NCBI RefSeq assembly: GCF_006345805.1
Contig: NC_043016.1
Location: 248,001 to 312,000 of the forward strand
Direction of reading: 5' to 3'
Length of the DNA stretch: 64,000 nt
DNA from: Octopus sinensis
Taxonomy: Eukaryota
Position 1 is the first letter of the stretch. Each line of letters opens with the position of its first letter. The position numbers and the translations under genes were made by a program. Shown here in pieces: positions 53,848 through 64,000 of this stretch. A model generated the notes under the pieces. The model did not search any database and had not been told where the DNA came from. It saw only the letters and a list, made by a program, of their open reading frames with translations.

Positions 53848-54040
53848 AGATCATTAGCCACTACACACATTTTCTTCTCTCCTTGTTTCTCTCCTTGTTT
53901 TTTTCTGTGTCCCTTTCTGTAGAAGAGTTTAGGCTCGAAACCTAAAAAACTTTTTCTATTCCTGAGCGTTATACTAATACATCTGTTTGTTTTGTACACA
54001 CGGTCTTCGTCTTTTGTCTTTTTCGTAAACTCTCCCTATC
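53848..54040 (+). mobile_element. Family D copy with hammerhead-like motif
   Basis: ctttctgtagaagagtttaggctcgaaacctaaaa at 53913-53948. Confidence 0.7.
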
Positions 54041-54047
54041 TCTCTAT

Positions 54048-54119
<72 letters not shown>

Positions 54120-54126
54120 ATTTATT

Positions 54127-54300
54127 ATATAGAGGAGCTCTACAGGACTAGAACTGTCCTGAAGAACTTCCTGAAGATTCTCTTGAATGAAACAGTTCTA
54201 GTCCTGTAGAAGCTCCTTCTATATAATAAATTAATTTTACTCTGCTATGTATTGAGTACCTTATTTACTGTGGTTAACCCCGAATCCAAACCGGGAACTA
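54127..54300 (+). mobile_element. Penelope-like remnant with inverted 5' segment and hammerhead-like motif
   Basis: 54127-54157 is the reverse complement of ~54192-54224. Motif GAACTTC-CTGAAG(A)TTC TCTT GAAT-GAAA-CAG TTCTAGTC CTG-T-A-GAAGCTC at 54164-54215. TA-rich flanks. Confidence 0.55.
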
Positions 54301-54321
54301 CATATCTATATCTATATATAT

Positions 54322-54365
<44 letters not shown>

Positions 54366-55361
54366 TTATGATGGGTTTCTCTTAATTTCTGTCTACCAAA
54401 CCCCTCACAAGTTTTTAGTTGGCCATGTGTTATAGTAAAAGACACTTACCCAAGTTGCCCTGCCCTAAAAAAAAAATGCTTTCCAGCAATTGGCAGACCT
54501 AACCATGCCTCTATCAGTGAGTATGTAGCTAAACTTACATTTGCTGTGATTGGCAGCTGATTGGTTAATTTAGCATTACGGCAATTGAGATGCAATAAAA
54601 ATTACACATCAAATTTGCCTTCATTGTTAGTCGATAAAAGTATAATCAGACAATTTCAGACAGCATTAATGAACGTACATTTTCCTACATACAAAAACAC
54701 AACAGACACTCATACACACATGTACACTCATGATTTTTCATCAGGAAATATTTCTGTCTATGTGGAACAGGCTGGGTGTGTATTGCTGTATATTATTTTT
54801 GGAAAGAGATAATACTGTAAAAAAACAATTAGGTGTGGCTGTGACTATATGGTTGTGGGTTCAGTCCCACTACATGGCACCTTGGCCAAGTGACTTTCTA
54901 CTAAAGAACGCCCTGGGCTGATCGAAGCCTTGTGGAGTAGATTTGGCAGATGGAATAAAAAAAAAAAAACCTTCAAGGCAGTGTCCCAGGCTGCAGTCAA
55001 GTGACTGAAACAAGTAAAAACTAAAGATCATCATCATCATCATCATCATCACCACCACTACCCTTGTGGGTAGTAAAGAAATAGGTATCCTTATAAAGGG
55101 GATATAGAGAGTGGACACACACACACACACACACGCATATGTATGCACACACACACATGCACATATAGGATAATTGCTGCATCTTTACAGATGATCATCA
55201 TCTACTTGGCCTTCCTCATTGCCTATAGCATTTCTGACTTTCCATCCATGACATCTCAGGTGACTACTCTGTCTCCATTGCAGATCTGCATGGTTTGAAG
55301 CATAAATGACTGACACAAGTTGCAACTCATTGTGCACTTGCAACTAGTTTGGTCTGCATGT

Positions 55362-55670
55362 GGAGGCACAATGGCCCAGTGGTTAGGGCAGTGGACTCGC
55401 GGACGTAGGATCGCAGTTTCAATTCCCAAACTGGGCGTTGTGAGTGTTTATTGAGCGAAAACACCTAAAAGCTCCATGCGGCTCCGGCAGGGAGTGGTGG
55501 TGATCCCTGCTGTACTCTTTCGCCACAACTTTCTCTCACTCTTTCTTCTGTTGGCCTACTCGCTTAGCCAGTGGGGTGGCGTCATTTGAAGGCTAAAACA
55601 ATGTGAAGCGCATTGTAATCAGCGATGTGTAGCAACATCTGATAGCCTGGTTGGCCACGGTGACGGTGAC
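55362..55670 (+). mobile_element. SINE family F, full length, inserted in an older repeat
   Basis: ggaggcacaatggcccagtggttagggcag..gtttcaattccc. Likely TSD tctgcat. The host repeat is homologous to 42165-42430. Confidence 0.8.
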
Positions 55671-56832
55671 ATCATCTGCATACATCGCCGAAGGACTTTC
55701 AGTTAATGGGAGGACAAATGAAGGAAACCAGAAAGAGAAATCTGTATATCATTGGATTATAGTGATAAACGCTTGTACAACATGAGTCCCAATCTCTGAG
55801 TCTCTTGTGATTAGTACCTAGTTACAAGCTAAGGTGAGATTACTAGTAATCACAAGAAAGAACAGGTTTTACATCAGAGTTGTTCTTATGTTAGAAGAAA
55901 GCCATGACAACAGTTAGGGCTCCCCTCACTCTCAGTGGTTTTACTGCATGCCGGATACCAACAAAAGGTATTTCTGTATTCCCATGCTGAAATGGAATGT
56001 CATCACCTTTGCTAGTCAACCCACAGGTGCAACAATGCCAGGTCAAAGTAGACTTGCAACAATAGTAAGAGATGATTCCACACTCCTCAAAAGTACATCC
56101 TGTTGTGGAGCTTTGGTTTGTGACATGTATATATAATATACACTTTTACTCTTTTACTTGTTTCAGTCATTTGACTGTGGCCATGCTGGAGCACCGCCTT
56201 TAGTCGAGCAAATCGACCCCAGGACTTATTCTTTGTAAGCCTTGTACTTATTCTATCGGTCTCTTTTGCCGAACCGCTAAGTTACGGGGACATAAACACA
56301 CCAGCAGTGGTTGTCAAGCGATGTTGAGGGGGACAAACACAGACACACAAACATATACATACACATACATATATACATATATACGACGGGCTTCTTTCAG
56401 TTTCTGCCTACCAAATCCACTCACAAAGCTTTGGTTGGCCCGAGGCTATAGTAGAAGACACTTGCTCAAGGTGCCATGCAGTGGGACTGAACCTGGAACC
56501 ATGTGGTTTGTAAGCAAGCTACTTACCACACAGCCACTCCTATGCCTATATATATACATCTTCTTGTTTCGGTCATTTGACTGCAGTCATGCTGCAGCCC
56601 TGCCTTGAAGGGTTTTTAGTGGAGCAAATCAAACCCAGGATTTATTTTATTTTTTGTTTAAGCCGAGTACTTAGTCTGTCAGTTCTCTTTTGCTGAACTG
56701 CTATGTTACAGGAATGTAAAAAATACGAACATCAGCTGTCAAGTGGTGGTCAGGGGTAAACACAGACACAAAGACACACACATGGATAAAAACATACATA
56801 CACACAAACATACATACACACATACATACATA

Positions 56833-57482
56833 CACTATTGTTCTCAGGTCTCTTCTGACCCGGAATAATAGCACCTGTTAGGGTCCCAGCTCTCCCTCAA
56901 AATATATAAAAATATATATATACACAATCACAAACACGCATATATATATACACATATCTGCCTATGTGTGTGTATAGGTGCAGACATGGCTGTGTGGTAA
57001 GAAGCTTGCTCCCAATCACATACTTCTGGGTTCAATCCTACTTCATGGCACCTTGGCCAAGTGTTCAAGTACAGCCTCAGAATGACCAAAGTCCTGTGAG
57101 TGGATTTGGTAGATTGAAACTGAAAGAAGCTTATCCTATATATATATATTATATATATATATATTATATATATTAGGATAAGCTTCTTTCAGTTTCAATC
57201 TACCAAATCCACTCACAGGACTTTGGTCATTCTGAGGCTGTACTTGAACACTTGGCCAAGGTGCCATGAAGTAGGATTGAACCCAGAAGTATGTGATTGG
57301 GAAGCAAGCTTCTTACCACACAGCCATGTCTGCACCTATACACACACATAGGCAGACATATGTGTATATATATATGCGTGTTTGTGATTGTGTATATATA
57401 TATTTTTATATATTTTGAGGGAGAATTGGGACCCTAACAGGTGCTATTATTCCGGGTCAGAGGAGACCTGAGAACAATAGTG
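56833..57482. repeat. Near-perfect 650-bp palindrome (inverted duplication)
   Basis: cactattgttctcagg...aagcttatccta (TA)n taggataagctt...cctgagaacaatagtg, with few mismatches. Confidence 0.92.
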
Positions 57483-58092
57483 GCTAAACAGGCTGTTCCA
57501 CATTCTTCAAAGCCTTGGAACTCCAGCCCCACTACTGGTTGCAGTTCAAACTCATACCATGATATATGCATGTATATGAGTACACACATACACACACACA
57601 CACACACAAACGTGTACACACACACACACACACATACACACAAACGTGTACACACTCGTGCACACACATACATATATATATATACGATAGAGCTGTTGCT
57701 ATTTATAGCTTGGATAAAAATCAGCATTTAGTCAAACTAATCAATAAGGCAACCTTGACCTACCAACACCTCTACAAATAGAGTGACTTGTGTTTCTCTC
57801 TCTCTGCTTTTTCTCTCCTCTCTCTCTCTCTCCCTCCACATACATATGCACATGTGCCACACACACACACACACACACACATTCATTCAATTGTCTGGTT
57901 AATTATGTTTTCAATTGTTTATACACATACGCACTCACAGACATATAAAGAGAGAAATAGATGGATATATGTATGCATATATTTATACATATATCTGTGT
58001 GTGTGTCTGTGTACACATAAGTATATATATATATATATATATATTGTACATATAAGTATGTGTATGTATATATTGTATATATATATTCATAT

Positions 58093-58145
<53 letters not shown>

Positions 58146-58386
58146 GATACACAAGCATAATTATGTGCATGAATTTCTATATATATACATACACAAGCAT
58201 AATTATATGCATAAATTCCTGTATATATATATATATATATAGCTACCAGCATATATTTATAAATATTGATGCTGCATACATGCAAATATATAAACATATA
58301 TATTTTTCTCATTCTCTCCCTTTCTCTCTCTGCCTCTTCCTCCCTCACTCTTTCCTTCTCTCTCTCTCATATATATTATATATATA

Positions 58387-58423
<37 letters not shown>

Positions 58424-58951
58424 ATATGTATATATATATGTATGTATGTTTGTATCTATCTTTACTTGTTTCAGTCATTGAAACTGTGGCCATGCTGGAG
58501 TGCTACCTTGAAGTGCTTAGTTGAACAAATCAATTCTGTACTTATATTTTGTCTTAAGTCTGGTGCTTATTCTACTGTCTCTTTTTGCCAAACTGTTATG
58601 GGTACATAAACCAACACAGCTTGTCAACTGGGGTACACTCCCCCTACACTCACTCACATACACACACACATATATATATAAAAAGATTACTTCCCAACCA
58701 TATGTTTCTGTGCTCAGTCCCACTGATTGGCATCTTAAGCAAGTGGTTTTTACTATATAGCCCAGGGCCAATCAAAGCCTTGTGAATGGGATTTGGTTGA
58801 CAGAAACTGAAAGAAACCTATCATATACATTTATACATATGTCTGTGTGGGTCGTTTTGTTTGTACTCCCACCACTGCTCGCCAACCGCTGTTGGTTTGT
58901 TTACATCACTGTTACTTAGTGTTTCAGCATAGGAGACTGAAAGAATATATA

Positions 58952-59315
58952 TCTCTCTATATATAAACGGCAAAATGTCTGTGTGCATGTCCTTTATACA
59001 AATCCACAATTTTTCAGTTAAAGGGCTCGCACTTTGAATGGTCATTCAAAACCGTCCAAGGGTGGTTGTGCACATCTTTACATTTCCCCAGTCACCCTGC
59101 AAAGCCATAAAAAATCAATAGAAGTGACGTTTTTTGTGAATTTTCTATCGAAGACCCAATCAAAATGCCCGAAACTTGATACGCCAATTGAATGCCAGCT
59201 AGGTGTATGTAATTGGTCTGAGATTTGGACCGTACTCACGTGTATGTGTGCATGCACGCAGCTGTATATGCATGCACTAGCACTATGACCTGGTGTTGCC
59301 GGGTCATAGTGCTAG
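58952..59315 (+). mobile_element. Non-autonomous Helitron, second copy
   Basis: Same termini and interior as 26064-26429; inserted A|T within a SINE A copy. Confidence 0.85.
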
Positions 59316-60299
59316 TCAGGCTTAAAAAGCAAAAAAAAAAAGAAAAAGGAAAGTACTGGTATCACTTCATTCAACTAAAATTCTTCAAAGCTGTGCCCCA
59401 GCATGACCACAGTCTGATGACTGAAATAAATAAAAGATAAAAGATATGCATTTATAAATAAAAACAAAGATGCATATACATACATATATATATATATATA
59501 TGAAAATACTTCTGTGCTTTTTCGCTTCTTTGCACATGTATTGTTGTTGGTGTGACCAAACTTCATCTGGTTGTGGGGCTCTGGTTCACGAATTTCAGGA
59601 CTTTAAGGAGTGTGGAACGACTTCTTAGCCACTATAGTTCCGAGGTCCACTCTGAGCCTGCGTAGTTGCAACTGTCTGGGTCCCAGGTATGGGTTAACTA
59701 GATAGGTGATGACAATCTGTTTGAGCATGGGGACATAGAAATACCCTTGATTGGTGTCATGGTATACTGTAAAACCACTAGGAGTAAAGAACCTCTATTG
59801 TTGTCACAGCATCCTTCATATATATATATATATATGTGTGTGTATATGTGTATATGTGTATGTGTGTGTATATATATATGTGTGCGTATATACATACATA
59901 TATATATGTATATACACACACATATATATATGTGTGTATGTATGTGTGTATATATATATATGTATATATATATTTATGTACATATACATACATATATATA
60001 TATATATATTATTACCCCACACAACACATATATATGTCCCTGTGGCACGTAAAAAGCACCATCCGATCGTGGCCGTTGCCAGCCTCACCTGGCCCCCGTG
60101 CCGGTGGCACGTAAAAAGCACCCACTACACTCTCGGAGTGGTTGGCGTTAGGAAGGGCATCCAGCCGTAGAAACACTGCCAGATCATACTGGGCCTGGCG
60201 CAGCCTTCTGGCTTCCCAGACCCCGGTCGAACCGTCCAACCCATGCTAGCATGGAAAGCGGACGCTAAATGATGATGATGATGATGATGATATATATAT

Positions 60300-60530
60300 A
60301 TATAAAGTTAATCCAAACAAGAAAGCACAAAAATACACAACAACGTGAGGACGTGGAACAAATATAGTATTATTGGACGCTCAGGAAAGAAGAAGGGTTT
60401 AACGTTTCGAGCGGAGCTCTTTGTCGGAAACATTGGAGAAGGAAAGATCTAGAGAAGGGAAGACAGAGGAAAAAAAATCGCCAACGGTACACACGCAGTG
60501 ACATTTTGAATGACCGGAAAGAAATAGGTG
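60300..60530 (-). mobile_element. Family D-related element with degenerate hammerhead-like motif
   Basis: Minus strand GTTT-CCGACAA-A-GAGC TCC GCTC-GAAA-CG-T-T-AAAC at 60397-60431. A more decayed relative lies at 48885-48917 (+). Confidence 0.6.
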
Positions 60531-62119
60531 AAGAAAAGTTCTTTCAAAGACAGGAGAGTGCAAGAGGAGGTATGTGTGTGTAAGTGTGGATATGTGTGTG
60601 CGCAAAGGTCTGCTTGTGTGTGTGTGTGTATGTGTGTATGTGTATATATATATATATTTTTTACATGTTTCAGTTATTAGATTACGGCTATAGTAGGGTA
60701 CCACCTTGAAGAACTTTTAGCCAAATAAATTGACCCCGGTACCTATTTTAAGTTTGGTACTTGTTCTGTCAGTCTCTTTTACCAAATCACAAAGTTACCG
60801 GTGCATAAACACACCAACATTGGTTGTCAAGTGGTGGTGAGGGACAAACAGACACATGCGCGTGGACACACACAAATACATTTGGTAGACTTTTTCAGTT
60901 TTTGTCTACTAGATTCATTCACAAGGCTTTGGTGCTGAAGGTGCCACACAGTGGGACTGAACCCAGAACGATGTGGTTGGTTAGCAAACATCTTGCACCT
61001 CTTTTACTCTTTACTCTTTTACTTGTTTCAGTCATTTGACTGTGGCCATGCTGGGCACCGCCTTTAGTCGAGCAAATCATCCCCAGGACTTAGTCTATGT
61101 AAGCCTAGTACTTAATCTGTCAGTCCCTTTTGCCGAACTGCTAAGTTAGGGGACATAAACACACCATCTTGTGTCTGTGTTTGTCCCCCAACATCGCTTG
61201 ACAACCGATGTTGGGGGACAAACACAGACACAAGCATATACACACAATATATATATAAATAAAAACATATATACAACGGGCTTCTTTCAGTTTCTGTCTA
61301 CCAAATCCACTCACAAGGCTTTTGTCAGCCCTAAGCTATAGCAGAAGACACTTGCCCAAGGTGCAATGCAGTGGGACTGAACCCAGAACCATGTGGTTCA
61401 TAAGCAAGGTACTTACCACACAGCCACTCCTATGCCTCCACACAGCCATTCCATTGCCTATTCACTAACATAGCATTTTATCTTTTGTATTTTTATTTTT
61501 ATATCTATTTCCAAATTTTTATGGGTTTCAGCTGATGTTTTAATATGGTGACCATTTGAAAACACTCCCTTTTTCCAAAATTTCTTACAACACCCTCCAT
61601 CCCTCATTTTAACATGTTTTCTTTTTCTTTCTTTCTCTATTTATTCATTTTTCTTTTTATTTTTGTTTAAATATCTTTTTCTCTTTTATATAGTTGTCCT
61701 GTTTAGTGTTCCCTTTCTCTCCTTTCTTTAATTACAATCTTGTCTTGTTTCTTTCTCTCCTCACCTCTCTCTCCCCACCTCTCTCTCTTCCTTCTCTTTT
61801 TTGTCTTTTTCATTCCCTCTCTCTCTTTCTCTTACTTCTTCACCCTCCATTATCTTTCTCTGCCCTTAGCTTGCTTTCTAATTTTCTATCATAAAATACT
61901 TATAAAATGTTCTTCACTTCAACTTTATCATTATTCTTATTTTAGAGTCCTTTGTTTGAAACATTTCATGACACATCTTGTGACTTCTTCTGTGACTCTC
62001 CACCACATGTCTCCTCCTGTTCTGTCCAGAGTCATTGAAGAGATCATAGGTTGTGTGACAAAAAGACTTCAGACAAAGGACACTAAAATAATAATAATAA
62101 TAATGATAAATAATAAATT

Positions 62120-63244
62120 ATAAATGCCCTGATGTAGTACCAGGCAGTGGCTCTCATGGCTTCTGATTTTAACTGATTGGAAGTGATATCATGTACATTG
62201 TTTTGTCTTGGTATAAAAGATGGGCTACAGTAAATATTCTGCTCAATACCACAGATTTGCTTGTCAGTTGTTTGACCCTTAATGAGTTGAGCATGTCCCT
62301 TAGTGGCTGATGATATGTGCATCTCTGATCACGAGCCATGTGTTGAAAGGGACTCTGTGGGGTTTGAATGATTCACCTCTGGAAATATGGGTGTTTAGTT
62401 CAATATCCTTAAACAACCCTTATTCAGGGACCTTTTGAGCGGGATGGGTTACTTGGCCAGAAGAAAATTCTAACTGCGCCCCACCTGCAAGGTCATGTGC
62501 TGTTTATCTTGATATGAGGTCACCATGTCGCGCACATATGGTTGTGATGCATGTTCCTGGTGTACCCTTATCAGACGAGTAGTCATGATGGGTATACTGG
62601 GGCTTCATATATTTTATCCTGGTGTCACTTTGATGGCATGCACTGCTCTCTCACTTAATAATAATAATAATTATAATAATAATAATAATAATAATAATAT
62701 TCTGATCTTAACTGATTGGAAGTGTTATCATGTACATTGTTTTGTCTTGGTATAAAAGATGGGCTACAGCAAATATTCTGCTCAAACCACAGATTTGCTT
62801 GTCAGTTGTTTGACCTTAACCAGTTGAGCATGTCCCTTAGTGGCTGACGATATGTGCATCTCTGATCACGAGCAGAAGTAGTGGGGGAGCATCATAGCCA
62901 TGTGTTGAGAGGGATGCTTTGGGGTTTGAATAGTTCACCTCTGGAAACATGGGTGGTTCTTTCAACATCCTTAAACAACCCTTATTCGGGGACCGTTTGA
63001 GCGGGATGGGCTACTCAACCTGAAGAAAATTCAAACTGGGCCCCACCTGCAAGGTCATGTGCTGTTTATCTTGATATGAGATCACCATGTCGCGCACATA
63101 TGGTTGTGATGCATGTGCCTGGTGTACCTTTATCAGACGGGTAGTCATGATGGGTATATTGGGCTTCGTATATTTTACCCCAGTGTCACTTTGATGGCAT
63201 GAACTGCTCTCTCACTCAATAATAATAATAATAATAATAATAAT
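62120..63244 (+). mobile_element. Tandem pair of a ~540-bp non-coding element in (TAA)n
   Basis: 62120-62656 and 62700-63218 are highly similar; each ends ctgctctctcact followed by (AAT)n. Confidence 0.85.
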
Positions 63245-64000
63245 GAAATAAACTGTTTCACCGTCTATGCGGCTCCGAACATTAGTTCTTTGTAATATAA
63301 TGCAATAAAGTGATCCCTGATGATCCGCTGTTGTTAAAGCATCCAATTGCACTTTGAACATCTAATTTAGAGTTCCAAACAGCAATGTTGGTGAAACGGA
63401 TTTAGACAAGAAATGATATAAACTTGTGATTATCGTAATTTATCTTATATTTGTTCCTTATATCACAACTAGTAATACTACCAAGTATAGTAGTAGCTTA
63501 ACCACTTTACTGGAAGCAGACCGGATGATGATGATCTGTGTAGCTCTATATTTAACCATAGCAGTCAGTCATCTAATTGTACGCACCCAATATACTACAC
63601 ACATGCACACACACACATGCATATGTTTGTGTGTATATATGTGTATACATACATATATAAAATCTAACCGGCTTGTATGCAGCAGTGTTGTGGCACCATT
63701 CAAAATCTAAAACGATACAAAATGCGGTGTGACCAGCAGTATATAACAACATCCAATAGTATGGTGGATACAGTGATACATACATTCACACGTACATACA
63801 TGCATACATACATACATTTACATATATATTTATATATACAGCAGGATTCTTTCACTTTCTGTCTATCAAATGCACACACAGGCTCTAATCATCTCATGGT
63901 TATATAAGATAATTGCTCAAGGTGTTGAACCTGAAACCACATGGCTGAGAAGCTAGCTCTTCAACCGCATACCTATGTTTGTGCCTATCCACACCTGTGC

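Noticed and set aside
55362-55435. tRNA genes
   Set aside because: The A/B-box heads continue into multi-copy SINE bodies, and no complete cloverleaf is evident.
15768-59993. Numerous YI-, CV- and HT-rich ORFs
   Set aside because: They are translations of (TA)n, (TG)n and (CA)n microsatellites.
63312-63402. CTGATGA..GAAAC inside a weak hairpin
   Set aside because: I could not build consistent stems I-III.

Overview
AT-rich, microsatellite- and SINE-saturated animal DNA. The repeat landscape suggests an octopod cephalopod (inference). The only host coding sequence I can support is one exon of an estrogen-related receptor (ERR/NR3B): ATG 2865, donor after 3210, encoding the A/B domain plus zinc finger 1 with a CEACKA P-box. 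The remaining ~60.8 kb appears to be one intron, because I found no zinc-finger-2 exon by eye. It holds three tRNA-type SINE families, fragments of RTE, R4/Dong, CR1-group and Tc1/mariner elements, piggyBac-type MITEs, non-autonomous Helitrons and many fold-back structures. The most notable hidden signal is a set of short, mostly (TA)n-embedded elements from several unrelated sequence families. Each carries a minimal type-I hammerhead-ribozyme-like fold, often in Penelope-like inverted or tandem arrangement. They include a near-canonical copy (52530-52573), an apparent compensatory G3:C8 core variant (49144-49194) and a head-to-tail pair that could release a ~232-nt RNA (38180-38610). All folds and identities were read by eye; no alignment or folding program was run.
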